64,000 bases of DNA, from assembly GCA_963828165.1 (NCBI GenBank), contig CAWHDR010000001.1:1664001-1728000 (forward strand). Direction: 5' to 3'. The DNA is from an uncultured Chloroflexia bacterium. Its GTDB lineage: Bacteria; Chloroflexota; Limnocylindria; Limnocylindrales; CSP1-4. Under the pieces are notes generated by a model. It did not search any database. It was given only the letters and a program-made list of their open reading frames with translations, and was not told the origin of the DNA. Shown here piece by piece: positions 24,073 through 33,959 of this stretch (position 1 is the first letter of the stretch; every line of letters begins with the position of its first letter). A program made the translations under genes and the position numbers.

Positions 24073-24151
24073 GCACGACCGGCGCGGTCGCGCGGCCGAC
24101 CCGCCTCAACAGACCGCCAGATGGCGGTCCCAGGTGTCCCGCGACGTCTCA

Positions 24152-24460
24152 GCCATGACGGGTCCTGAGGCACCGGATCCCCATCTGGGGCGAGCGCTCG
24201 CGCGAGGTTCATGGGGTGAACATGAGTGGATCGTTGCGATCGAGGAACCTCGGACGCCAGCCCTCCTCGGGTTTACCGGGTGAACCTCACGCGAGCGGGT
24301 GAGCGCGCCATGACGGGTCCTGAGGCACCGGATCCCCATCTGGGGCGAGCGCTCGCGCGAGGTTCATGGGGTGAACATGCGTGGATCGTTGCGATCGAGG
24401 AACCTCGGACGCCAGCCCTCCTCGGGTTTACCGGCTGAACCTCACGCGAGCGGGTGAGCG
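24152..24460. repeat. Tandem repeat, 2 x 154 bp (period 155), each unit a long imperfect palindrome
   Basis: 24152-24305 vs 24307-24460 differ only at 24225/24380 and 24280/24435; arms CGCTCGCGCGAGGTTCA / TGAACCTCACGCGAGCG. Confidence 0.95.
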
Positions 24461-24513
24461 AGAGGTTAGGAGCGGCCAAAGCGGAGCGAACCCCGGCGCG
24501 TCAACCTGCCGCC

Positions 24514-25233
24514 ATGGCCCGCATCGACGAGTCCCTAGCCGCGACACTCGGCGAACGAATCAGGTTCGCCCGCTCCGCTGTGGGCATCCGTCAGATCGAC
24601 GTCGCAAGGCGGGCAGGCATCTCTCGCGCGATGGTCACCCGAATGGAGCTTGGTCGCGGCGGATCGATCAGCCTGGATTCGTGGGCTGCGGTCGCCGGGG
24701 TTCTTGGCGTCGAACTTGTCGCCGAAATCAACGACCGGGCTGCGTCGTCGCGGGGGCACGTCGAGCTGCGATGTCACGGGCTTGTAGCCGTGGTCGCACG
24801 GGATGGCGGATGGGCTGCCGCGACGGAGATCGTTCGGGCGCGTCCGGATTCTGCGCCTTCGAGCGTGGAGACGATCCTGGTGCGATCGTTTCGCCAGGAG
24901 GCTGCCGTCGTCCACGCCTGGCACCCGGTGCCGAACGTGGGGCCGGCACTCCGTGACCTCGGGGCTCGGTGTGAGCATCTTCGGCGGTCGTTCGGACCCG
25001 GTTGGTCGGTGAGTGCGCTGGTCCTCTGTCCATCGACGACGGCCGCCCGGCGTCGGGTGACGGAGGTGGCCCAAGGCCTGGCGATGGACCTGCCGGCGAC
25101 CTGCGGCGAATGGATGGCCGCGCTGCGACACAGGCGCTCGCCGATGCCGGCGGCCGGTCTGTTGTGGACGGATCGATGGGCAGAGCGGTTCAGGCCAGCC
25201 GGTCGACACCCGGGATGGCAACGACCGGTTTGA
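24514..25233 (+). CDS. XRE-type HTH protein with C-terminal alpha/beta domain (possibly degenerate PD-(D/E)xK nuclease)
   Basis: LGERIRFAR..IRQIDVARRAGISRAMVTRMELG HTH; GW...TEI...SVETIL...VVHAW pattern; start may be GTG 24454. Confidence 0.7.
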   Translation: MARIDESLAATLGERIRFARSAVGIRQIDVARRAGISRAMVTRMELGRGGSISLDSWAAVAGVLGVELVAEINDRAASSRGHVELRCHGLVAVVARDGGWAAATEIVRARPDSAPSSVETILVRSFRQEAAVVHAWHPVPNVGPALRDLGARCEHLRRSFGPGWSVSALVLCPSTTAARRRVTEVAQGLAMDLPATCGEWMAALRHRRSPMPAAGLLWTDRWAERFRPAGRHPGWQRPV

Positions 25234-25254
25234 GCTCTCCGGCAAGATGGCAGC

Positions 25255-26286
25255 GTGCACGGTCCACGAGTCGAGAATCGCCGCCCTTCGAAGCTGCGGC
25301 TCGCGCTGCTGCTGGCGGTCGTTGCGGCCGTGGGGTTCCTGGCGATCGTCATCGTCACCGATCCGCGACGGATCGGGATCTTCATGACCGAGCCCGGCCG
25401 GACCGCGTCGCCGGGTGAGGCGGGCTGGAGGTATGCAGGCCCTGCGCCGATCGCCCTGACCGAGGTGGCCGCCGCGGCCCACGACGGCCGGATCTGGGTC
25501 GCCGGTGGCCTCGACGATGCGGGCCGGGCCGTGGACCACCTCCAGGTCTTCGATCCGGTCGGCGACGCCTGGGGAGAGGGCCCACGGTTGCCCGAGCCCG
25601 TCCACCATTCCTCGCTCGTGACCGATGGCGACACGCTGTTCCTGATCGGCGGGTTCACGGGCGATGGCTTCGGGAACCCGACAGACGCGGTCTGGCGGCT
25701 CGACGACACGTATACGGGCGCGTGGGCGCCGGCCGAGGCACTCCCCGAAGCGCGCGGGGCCGGTGCCGCGGCATGGAACGGGCGGGGCGGGATCCTGTAC
25801 GGCGGCGGCGTGGGTCCGGCGGGGGTCTCGGCGGACGTCTTCATCCGCGAGGACGGCGCCTGGCGACGCCTGGCGTCGCTCAGTCAGGCGCGGGAGCATC
25901 TGGCCGCGACGTCCGTCGGCTCGGGCTCGGTCGCGTTCCTGGGCGGCCGCATCGGCGGGCTGGACGGCAACCTCGGGACGGTCGATCTCGTGTCCGCCGA
26001 GGGCGTCGTGGGTCGTGCCCAGGATCTGCCGACTCCGCGCGGCGGGATCGCGGCGTTCTCGGCCGGAGCGCTCGGCGATTGCGTGGTGGGCGGTGAGGGC
26101 CCGGATGGCACGTTCGGGGCCGTCGAATGTGTCGGGGCGTTCGAGGTGACGACGCTTCCCGGGCTCGATCTGCCGCGGCACGGACTCGGCGCAGTGTTCT
26201 GGGAGGGGCGTGCCTATGCGCTGCTCGGCGGCGCCCAACCCGGGCTGACGGTCAGCGGCACGGTCGAGGTACTCGACCTGCCCTGA
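25255..26286 (+). CDS. Membrane-anchored Kelch-repeat protein
   Basis: N-terminal TM; repeated IWVAGG/LFLIGG/ILYGGG/YALLGG and LPxPR motifs. Confidence 0.85.
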   Translation: MHGPRVENRRPSKLRLALLLAVVAAVGFLAIVIVTDPRRIGIFMTEPGRTASPGEAGWRYAGPAPIALTEVAAAAHDGRIWVAGGLDDAGRAVDHLQVFDPVGDAWGEGPRLPEPVHHSSLVTDGDTLFLIGGFTGDGFGNPTDAVWRLDDTYTGAWAPAEALPEARGAGAAAWNGRGGILYGGGVGPAGVSADVFIREDGAWRRLASLSQAREHLAATSVGSGSVAFLGGRIGGLDGNLGTVDLVSAEGVVGRAQDLPTPRGGIAAFSAGALGDCVVGGEGPDGTFGAVECVGAFEVTTLPGLDLPRHGLGAVFWEGRAYALLGGAQPGLTVSGTVEVLDLP

Positions 26287-26330
26287 CCCGCCAAGATGCA
26301 ACCGTGCCCGCCTTGCCGACGATCCACCCC

Positions 26331-27548
26331 ATGCGCTCGCTCGCCTTGCTCTCGGTGGCGCACGCGGTCAACCACGCATACGCCGTCTTATTGCCGCCGA
26401 TCTTCCTGGCCATCATCGACGAGTTCGGCGTCACCGTTTCGGCGGTGGCCATCCTCGCCGCGGCCGGTGCCATCGCGTCGGGGATGGTCCAGTTCACCTA
26501 TGCGGAGCTGACACGGCGAGTCTCCCGCCGCCGGTTGCTGGGCCTGGGCGGCATCCTGTTCGGTGGCGGGTTCGCCGCCATGGCGCTGGCGACGAACTTC
26601 GCGACCTTCGTGATCCCGAACGTCGTGTCGCGGATCGGCGGTTCGCCGCAGCACCCGGTCGGGAACGGTCTGCTCGCGGAACAGTTCCCGCCGGCGCGGC
26701 GTGGGTTCGCGATCAGCGCCCACATCGCCGGTGGGAACCTCGGCACCGTCGTCATCGCCATCGTCGGGACGCCGATGCTGGCCGTCCTCGGGTGGCGCGG
26801 CGTGTCCATCGTGTTCGGCGTGCTCGCGATCCTCATCGGGATCAGCATCCTTGCCCTCATCCGGGAACGTGGCACGGACCGGGCTGCGGCCGTCGCGGGT
26901 GGCAGCAGTCGGGACGCGCTCCGCCGGGTCCTGGCGGACCGCGACCTGCGCTGGCTGTTCCTCACGTCGGTGCTCGGTGGCGGCGGGCGCGGGCTCGGTG
27001 TCGTGAACCTGTTCGTTCTGATCTACCTGACCCGCGTGCTCGGTTTCGATGCCGCGACGTCCGGCCTGATGTACGGCGCACTCATCGTCTTCAGCGTGCC
27101 GATGCCGTTGCTCGCGGGCTGGCTCTCCGATCGGTGGGGGCGCAAGCCGCTCATCATCGGAGCCTATCTGGGCGGTGCCATCGGCTTCGGCGTGTTCGTC
27201 TTCGCCGGGTCATCGCTGGTCTGGCTGTGGGCGGGGATCGTACTGATGGGCCTCTTCTCGTTCGCCGAATCGCCGCAGTTGCAGGCCTTGCTGGCCGACA
27301 TCGCCCCACCGGCTACGCGGGACGCCTCGTACGCCCTGTACTTCACGCTCGCCTTCGGTGTCGGGTCGCTGTGGACAGCGCTCTACGGCGTCGTCATCGC
27401 GGCACTCGGCGAGCCGATCGGCGTCCCCGTCGTCTTCGGCCTGATGGCGGCCTCGTTCGTGGCGGCGGCGCTGGCCACGCTCCCGATCCGGACCGACGAC
27501 ACGGGTGCGAGGACACCGGCTGGCATACTGCCGCCGAACGAGGCCTGA
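26331..27548 (+). CDS. MFS transporter
   Basis: About 12 TM helices, GWLSDRWGRK motif; alternative in-frame GTG at 26304. Confidence 0.9.
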   Translation: MRSLALLSVAHAVNHAYAVLLPPIFLAIIDEFGVTVSAVAILAAAGAIASGMVQFTYAELTRRVSRRRLLGLGGILFGGGFAAMALATNFATFVIPNVVSRIGGSPQHPVGNGLLAEQFPPARRGFAISAHIAGGNLGTVVIAIVGTPMLAVLGWRGVSIVFGVLAILIGISILALIRERGTDRAAAVAGGSSRDALRRVLADRDLRWLFLTSVLGGGGRGLGVVNLFVLIYLTRVLGFDAATSGLMYGALIVFSVPMPLLAGWLSDRWGRKPLIIGAYLGGAIGFGVFVFAGSSLVWLWAGIVLMGLFSFAESPQLQALLADIAPPATRDASYALYFTLAFGVGSLWTALYGVVIAALGEPIGVPVVFGLMAASFVAAALATLPIRTDDTGARTPAGILPPNEA

Positions 27549-27572
27549 CCGACGGGCCGCGCAAGGAGTGGC

Positions 27573-28256
27573 GTGGACGCGAGGATCCTGCTCGTCGAGG
27601 ATGACCCATCGATCCGCGAGGTCACGGCCATCGGGCTGCGCAACGCCGGCTTCACGGTCGAGACGGCCAGCGACGGGCGTGAGGGCCTCCACCGGTTCGA
27701 GCGCGAGCCATTCGACCTCGTCCTGCTGGACGTGATGCTGCCGCGGATGGACGGCCTCGAGGTGTGCCGCGCGATCCGCCGAACCTCGACGATCCCGGTG
27801 GTCATGCTGACCGCGCGCGCCGACACGCTCGATGTCGTGGTGGGGCTCGAGGCCGGTGCCGACGACTACGTGCGCAAGCCGTTCGAGGTCCCCGAGCTCG
27901 TCGCCCGCGTGCGCGCGGCCCTGCGACGGGTCGGCCGGGCACCCGAGGACGAGGCCGCCCAGTTGCGTTTGGGACCGCTTCTCATCGACATCGCCGGGCG
28001 GACGGTGACGCGCGACGGACGGGACATCCCACTGACGCGCACGGAATTCGACCTGCTCGTCGACCTCGCTCGACATGCCGGCCAGGTGCTCGCCCGGGAC
28101 ACCCTCCTCGATCGGATCTGGGGCTATGACTACCTGGGCGATTCGAGGCTCGTGGACGTCGCAGTCGGACGGCTCCGGGCGAAGGTCGAGACCGATCCCG
28201 CGGCACCGGAGCTGATCCTCACGGTCCGCGGCGCGGGCTACAAGGCCAGTCGGTAG
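27573..28256 (+). CDS. OmpR-family response regulator (MtrA-like)
   Basis: LLVEDD, LLDVMLP, GADDYVRKPF, DSRLVDV, TVRGAGYK. Confidence 0.93.
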   Translation: MDARILLVEDDPSIREVTAIGLRNAGFTVETASDGREGLHRFEREPFDLVLLDVMLPRMDGLEVCRAIRRTSTIPVVMLTARADTLDVVVGLEAGADDYVRKPFEVPELVARVRAALRRVGRAPEDEAAQLRLGPLLIDIAGRTVTRDGRDIPLTRTEFDLLVDLARHAGQVLARDTLLDRIWGYDYLGDSRLVDVAVGRLRAKVETDPAAPELILTVRGAGYKASR

Positions 28257-28270
28257 GGCGGGCGACGACC

Positions 28271-29770
28271 ATGTCGTGGCTGGGTGGGGTCCGGGCCCGA
28301 CTGACGGCGTCGCTCGTCGCGGTCGTGGCGCTGACGGCGATCGTCCTGGGCGTCAGCGCGTCGGTGTTCGTGGACCTGCGCCTGCACGACCAGGTGCTCC
28401 AGGCCGCGAACGAACAGGCCCGCTTCGACCTGTCGGTGGTCGTCCCAGAGCGCCAGCTCCCGGATCGGCCGACACCCGAGGACATCAGGCTCAGCGGGCT
28501 CGCCGACACGTTCCGGCGAGGTGAGGTCCGGCGCGGCGCGGTCGAGACATTCGTCGACCTGGGCGGCGACGGACGGTTCCAGTCCCACGAGAGCCTGACC
28601 GGGCTGCTCGCGCTGTTGCCCGCGGACATGCGGGCGCGCGTCGACCGGGGTGAGATCGCCTACGGCTGGCTCGACATCGCGGGGCAGCCGTCGCTCGTCG
28701 TCGGCGGGCGACCCTCCGGAGGCGGCCCGGCGTTCTATTTCGTCCGCGACGTGACCGCGGTCGGCGCCGCGATCGACCAGCTGCGCCTGGCCCTGGCGGT
28801 GGGCGCCCTCGTGATGATCGTGCTCGCCCTCGTGATCGCCCGGCGCGTGGCGCGCAGCATCCTGGCGCCGGTGGAGGAGGCGGGCAGGGTCGCCGAGCGG
28901 ATCGAGCGCGGTGACCTGTCGGCGCGCGTGCCGGTCACCTCGCGGGACGAATTCGGGACGTGGGCGGAGCGCTTCAACCGGATGACCGGCGTCCTAGCGG
29001 ACACGATCCGCCGGCTCGAGGCGGCCCAGCACCAGAATCGACGGTTCGTCGCCGACGTGTCGCACGAGCTGCGGACGCCGCTGGCGGCGCTCGTCGCCGA
29101 AGCGTCGATCGTGGGCGACCATCTCGACGAGCTGCCCACGGAGAGCCGTCGGGCCGCCGAGCTGCTCGTGGCGGATGTCGGGCGCATGCGGGCGCTCGTC
29201 GAGGAGCTCATGGAGCTGTCGCGCTTCGATGCCTCGGCGGAGGAGGTGGCGGTCGAGCCGGTCGACGTGGTCCGGCTGGTGCGTGCGGTGATCGCCTCGC
29301 GGCAGCCGACGGCCCGGTTCGATCCGCCCGCGCCGTCGGTCGTCGTCGAAACGGACCCGCGGCGGCTGGAGCGCATCCTCGCGAACTTCCTGGACAACGC
29401 GCGCGAGCACGCAGGAGCCACGGACGTGACCGTCGAGCTCGACGTGTCCGGCGAGGACCTGGTGCTGGCCGTCTCGGATCGTGGCCCAGGCGTCCCGGAG
29501 GATCGATTGCAGCGCATCTTCGAGCGGTTCACGAAGCTCGATCCGTCGCGCACTGGGGGGAGCAGCGGGCTCGGCCTCGCGATCGCGGCCGAGCACGCGG
29601 CCCTCCTCGGCGGGTACCTGCAGGCCATGAACCGCGAAGGCGGCGGCCTCCGCCTCGAGCTCGTGGTGCCGGCGCCTGTGACCCGTTCGTTACAGGACGG
29701 CGATGGCGCCGTGACCCAGGCGCTCGAGAGTGGGACTCCAACGACCACCACGAGGGAGTCCACGCCATGA
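28271..29770 (+). CDS. HAMP sensor histidine kinase (MtrB-like)
   Basis: Two TMs, HAMP, FVADVSHELRTPL, NFLDNA, DRGPG, GLGLAI. Confidence 0.93.
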   Translation: MSWLGGVRARLTASLVAVVALTAIVLGVSASVFVDLRLHDQVLQAANEQARFDLSVVVPERQLPDRPTPEDIRLSGLADTFRRGEVRRGAVETFVDLGGDGRFQSHESLTGLLALLPADMRARVDRGEIAYGWLDIAGQPSLVVGGRPSGGGPAFYFVRDVTAVGAAIDQLRLALAVGALVMIVLALVIARRVARSILAPVEEAGRVAERIERGDLSARVPVTSRDEFGTWAERFNRMTGVLADTIRRLEAAQHQNRRFVADVSHELRTPLAALVAEASIVGDHLDELPTESRRAAELLVADVGRMRALVEELMELSRFDASAEEVAVEPVDVVRLVRAVIASRQPTARFDPPAPSVVVETDPRRLERILANFLDNAREHAGATDVTVELDVSGEDLVLAVSDRGPGVPEDRLQRIFERFTKLDPSRTGGSSGLGLAIAAEHAALLGGYLQAMNREGGGLRLELVVPAPVTRSLQDGDGAVTQALESGTPTTTTRESTP

Positions 29771-30768
29771 TCCGCACCGGTCAGCACATCCTTTCCGTCC
29801 TTGCCCTTTCGGTCATCGCGATCGCCGTCGTCGGCTGCGGGCCGACCGGCAGTCTCGGCACGGTCCCGCCGGTCATCCGGACCCCGGCCCCGTCCGTGGA
29901 TCCCGGCCCGCCGGACATGACGCCGGAGCCTTCGGCCGACCCCTCGGTCGACCCGACGCCCTCCGCGCCCCCCAGCCAGTCGCCTGGGAACCCGACGGCG
30001 ACACCCAAGCCCACGCCCACCCCGGCCCCGGCGGACACGATGGTGATCCGCGCGTACTTCGTGCTCGACGGTGACGTCGGTGTCGAAGGCCTCGCGCCCA
30101 CGCTGCGCGAGGTGCCCGAGACGACGGCCGTGGCCCGGGCCGCGATGGATGCCCTGCTCCGCGGCGCGATCCTGGCCGACTATGACGACCTGGCGTCGGC
30201 GATCCCCGCCGGCACGCGCCTTCTTGGACTGTCGATCCGTGATGGGATCGCCACCGTCGACCTGTCGCGCGAGTTCGAGTCGGGTGGTGGGAGCGCCTCG
30301 GCGTTCTACCGCCTCGGCCAGGTCACGTACACGCTGACCCAGTTCCCGACGGTTCGGGCCGTGCTGTTCCAGGTGGAAGGCCAGACCGTCACGACCTTCG
30401 GCAGCGAGGGCATCGTGCTCGAGGGACCGCAGGCGCGCGACGACTTCGAAGACCTTTTGCCCTCGATCTTCGTGGACCGGCCGGCCTACGGGGCCGCAGG
30501 GGGCAACCCAGCCAGGATCACCGGCAACGCGAACGTCTTCGAGGCGAGCTTCCGCATCGCGATCCTCGATGGGTCCGGCAAGACGCTGGTGGACGAGCAC
30601 GCGATGGCGACGTGCGGCACGGGCTGCCGCGGGACGTTCGACGTCACGCTGCGGTACACGGTCTCGAGGGCGCAGTGGGGAACGCTCCGGGCCTACTACG
30701 GCTCGGCCCAGGACGGTTCCCCGCAGGACGTGCGTGACTACCCGGTCTGGCTCACGCCCGCCCGCTAG
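29767..30768 (+). CDS. GerMN + Gmad2-like lipoprotein
   Basis: Lipobox VVGC, Pro-rich linker, [21 protein letters not shown] (GerMN), GNANVFEA; ATGA coupling to kinase. Confidence 0.82.
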   Translation: MIRTGQHILSVLALSVIAIAVVGCGPTGSLGTVPPVIRTPAPSVDPGPPDMTPEPSADPSVDPTPSAPPSQSPGNPTATPKPTPTPAPADTMVIRAYFVLDGDVGVEGLAPTLREVPETTAVARAAMDALLRGAILADYDDLASAIPAGTRLLGLSIRDGIATVDLSREFESGGGSASAFYRLGQVTYTLTQFPTVRAVLFQVEGQTVTTFGSEGIVLEGPQARDDFEDLLPSIFVDRPAYGAAGGNPARITGNANVFEASFRIAILDGSGKTLVDEHAMATCGTGCRGTFDVTLRYTVSRAQWGTLRAYYGSAQDGSPQDVRDYPVWLTPAR

Positions 30769-30881
30769 ATCCCGGGGGTTGGGGCCGATACCGGCCCCGC
30801 AACGGCCCGGTGAGGCGGCATGGCCGCTTCGCCGGGCCTTGGTGTATCATCCGCAGGCTCTGTCGGACGAGCACCCTCGGT

Positions 30882-30958
<77 letters not shown>

Positions 30959-30991
30959 TCTCCCTCCATCCTGGATCCCTTGGTGATGCCC

Positions 30992-31420
30992 ATGAATGCC
31001 ATGGAAACCACGGCTGCAGACCTACGCGCCACCTCGGATGCACTGATGCGCGATCTCGAGGTCCTGGCCGCGATCGAGGACGAGAAGCGGACCCTCGCCC
31101 CGGGTGACCCGCGCCTGGTCGAGCTCGCGCAGCGCGTCGAGGATGTCGCCCGTCGAGTGCTCTCCGCCACGGTCCGTCAACGACAGCTCACCGAGGTCGG
31201 CAACGAGCAGGTCGAGGCGGCCCCGCCCGGTTCCCCCAGAGCCTCGATCGATGAGACGCCACGCGCGATCGCGGACATCCTCGCGGAATGGCGGGCCGCC
31301 GAGCGTCGGGCCGCCGCCGCGGAACCCGGCTCGGCCGAGGCGGCCGAAGCAGGGGCCCTGGCGGATCATCACCGCGAGGAGTACCGACGAGCGCTGGCGC
31401 AGCGCGAAGGGTCCCGCTGA
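30992..31420 (+). CDS. Hypothetical helical protein (paralog of 31783-32022)
   Basis: Good codon bias; shares AIExEK..PxDPR..ELA motif with downstream ORF; start uncertain (30980-31001). Confidence 0.7.
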   Translation: MNAMETTAADLRATSDALMRDLEVLAAIEDEKRTLAPGDPRLVELAQRVEDVARRVLSATVRQRQLTEVGNEQVEAAPPGSPRASIDETPRAIADILAEWRAAERRAAAAEPGSAEAAEAGALADHHREEYRRALAQREGSR

Positions 31421-31543
31421 AGGACCGTTCGTCGCACCGGGGTCCGCAGCAGGTTGCGTCCCGCGCCTCATTGATGCGTCTGCAACGCGGGTCCCGCTAC
31501 CGTCCCTGGTGATGATCCAAACGCTGTGGCCTCCAGGTAGGAC

Positions 31544-31756
31544 GTGCGCCCGATCCTGATCCTGAATCCGCGCAGCGATGCCCAGTTCGTCGCGTTGGTG
31601 TCCGAGCTGATGACTGATCCCATCGACCAACCATCAGCCCTTGAGGCGCGCCTGCGCGCCCGCTTTCCTGACGCGGTCGTGCGGCGGCGGGAGCTGAGCT
31701 CCGAACCCACCGAGGTATGGTATGTGTACCGAGATGGCCGCTGGACCCCAGACTGA
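31544..31756 (+). CDS. Small hypothetical protein (70 aa)
   Basis: GTG after AGGTAGGA, own -10-like TACCGT at about 31498; ends WYVYRDGRW. Confidence 0.6.
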   Translation: MRPILILNPRSDAQFVALVSELMTDPIDQPSALEARLRARFPDAVVRRRELSSEPTEVWYVYRDGRWTPD

Positions 31757-31782
31757 ACCATCTCGCGGCTGGAGGGGCACTC

Positions 31783-32022
31783 ATGCCGGACGAGCTCGAG
31801 AGCGACATCCAGGCGACCGCCGAGGACATCGCCGCCGACGCCGACATCCTGCAGGCGATCGAGGCTGAAAAGGCGGAGATGGACCCGACCGACCCACGAG
31901 CCCTGGAGCTCGCCACGCGCGCCGTGGAGTTGGCGCGTGAGATCGAAACGAAGACCGTCGTCGAGCACGAGCTCCTGGTGGAGGCCGCGCAGGGAGCGAC
32001 GGCCGAACCCGGCGAGTCCTGA
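31783..32022 (+). CDS. Small acidic helical protein (paralog of 30992-31420)
   Basis: GGAGG RBS; similarity to N-terminal half of upstream ORF. Confidence 0.72.
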   Translation: MPDELESDIQATAEDIAADADILQAIEAEKAEMDPTDPRALELATRAVELAREIETKTVVEHELLVEAAQGATAEPGES

Positions 32023-32112
32023 ACCCGCAGGACGCCGGCGCATCGGGGGCAGGGAGCGCCTGACGGTCGGAGGCCTGACGGACGTCGCAGCGCTGCTAGC
32101 ATCGCGGCCACC

Positions 32113-33786
32113 ATGGCGGACAAGCCCTACGACTACATCATCGTCGGCGGTGGCTCGGCGGGCTCCGCGCTCGGGAACCGGCTCTCGGCCGACCCCTCGA
32201 CGCGGGTTCTCGTCCTCGAAGCCGGTCGCTCCGACTGGCGCATCGACCCGTTCATCCACATGCCGGCCGCCCTCACCTTCCCGATCGGGAGCCGGTTCTA
32301 CGACTGGAAGTACGAGTCCGAACCCGAGCCGTACATGCACGGACGGCGGATCCACCACGCGCGCGGCAAGGTCCTCGGTGGAAGCAGCAGCATCAACGGG
32401 CAGATCTTCCAGCGCGGCAACCCACTCGATTTCGAGCGATGGGCGGCCGATCCCGGTATGGCGAGCTGGGACTACGCGCATTGCCTGCCGTATTTCAAGC
32501 GGATGGAGACGGCGCTGGCGGCCGCGCCCGACGATCCGTGGCGCGGCCACGACGGCCCGCTGGTCCTCGAGCGCGGCCCCGCGACCAACCCGCTATTCAC
32601 GGCCTTCTTCGAGGGCGTCCAGCAAGCCGGCTACGCGCTGACCGAAGACGTCAACGGGTATCGCCAGGAAGGCTTCGCGCCATTCGATCGGAACATCCAT
32701 CGAGGCCGGCGGCTGTCGGCGGCGCGGGCCTACCTGCACCCGGTCATGGGCACGCGGAAGAATCTCGAGGTCCGCACGCGGACCCTCGTGACGAACGTCG
32801 TCTTCGAAGGGTCGCGGGCCATCGGGGTCGAGGTCGCCAAGGGGCGGGGCACGGAGCGGATCCTCGCGGGCGAAGTGATCCTGGCCGGCGGTGCCATCAA
32901 CACGCCCCAGCTGCTGCTCCTCTCCGGCGTGGGCCCGGTCGCCGACCTGGCGGCCCACGGCATCGACCTCGTGGCCGATCGACCCGGGGTCGGGCAGCAC
33001 CTGCAGGACCACCTCGAGGTCTACATCCAGTTCAAGAGCCTGCAGCCGGTATCCATGCAACCGTCGGCGACGCAACGCTGGCGCCGGCCGTTCATCGGCG
33101 CGCAGTGGCTCTTCCTGCGCAGCGGGCCGGGCGCGACGAACCACTTCGAGGGCGGGGGCTTCGTCCGCTCGAACGAGGACGTGGCGTACCCGAACCTCAT
33201 GTTCCACTTCCTGCCGCTCGCCATTCGCTACGACGGGTCGGTCGGGGCGCCGGGCCACGGCTACCAGGTCCACGTCGGACCGATGTACTCGGATGCGCGT
33301 GGATCGATCGAGCTCAAGAGCACCGACCCGCGCGACCATCCGGCGCTGCGCTTCAACTACCTCTCGACCGACCAGGATCGGCGCGAGTGGGTGGAGGCTA
33401 TCCGTGTCGCTCGCCAGCTCCTCAACCAGCCGGCGATGGCTCCCTACAACGGTGGCGAGACCTCACCCGGACCAACGGTGGAGACTGACGATGAGATCCT
33501 CGAATGGGTTCGGCGCGATGCCGAGACGGCACTTCATCCCTCGTGCACGGCGCGCATGGGTGTCGACGACCTGTCCGTCACGGATCCGCTGACGATGCGG
33601 GTCCACGGCACCGATGGCCTGCGGGTCGTCGACGCCTCGGCGATGCCGTACGTCACGAACGGCAACATCTACGCTCCCGTGATGATGCTGGCCGAGAAGG
33701 CAGCGGACCTCATCGCCGGAAACACGCCGCTCCCTGCCGAGCCGCTGCCGTTCTACCGGCACGGGGTGTCGCCGCCACCGGTCTGA
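32113..33786 (+). CDS. betA: Choline dehydrogenase (GMC oxidoreductase)
   Basis: [50 protein letters not shown]. Confidence 0.9.
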   Translation: MADKPYDYIIVGGGSAGSALGNRLSADPSTRVLVLEAGRSDWRIDPFIHMPAALTFPIGSRFYDWKYESEPEPYMHGRRIHHARGKVLGGSSSINGQIFQRGNPLDFERWAADPGMASWDYAHCLPYFKRMETALAAAPDDPWRGHDGPLVLERGPATNPLFTAFFEGVQQAGYALTEDVNGYRQEGFAPFDRNIHRGRRLSAARAYLHPVMGTRKNLEVRTRTLVTNVVFEGSRAIGVEVAKGRGTERILAGEVILAGGAINTPQLLLLSGVGPVADLAAHGIDLVADRPGVGQHLQDHLEVYIQFKSLQPVSMQPSATQRWRRPFIGAQWLFLRSGPGATNHFEGGGFVRSNEDVAYPNLMFHFLPLAIRYDGSVGAPGHGYQVHVGPMYSDARGSIELKSTDPRDHPALRFNYLSTDQDRREWVEAIRVARQLLNQPAMAPYNGGETSPGPTVETDDEILEWVRRDAETALHPSCTARMGVDDLSVTDPLTMRVHGTDGLRVVDASAMPYVTNGNIYAPVMMLAEKAADLIAGNTPLPAEPLPFYRHGVSPPPV

Positions 33787-33959
33787 TCGGGCGGGCTTGT
33801 CCGGCGAGCCCCGACATCGTCATGTGTCGCATGCCGACTCGCCAAGTGTCCTCCTGACGACGGGGGCGGTTGTCCGCTGGCAGCGCGCCCGCCTGCCCCG
33901 AACATCGGGTCATCGCCTCCCACGCCCCTGACGACACGACCCGAAAGGAAACCCACGGC

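Noticed and set aside
24152-24460. CRISPR array
   Set aside because: Two near-identical 154-bp units with no unique spacers and no cas genes
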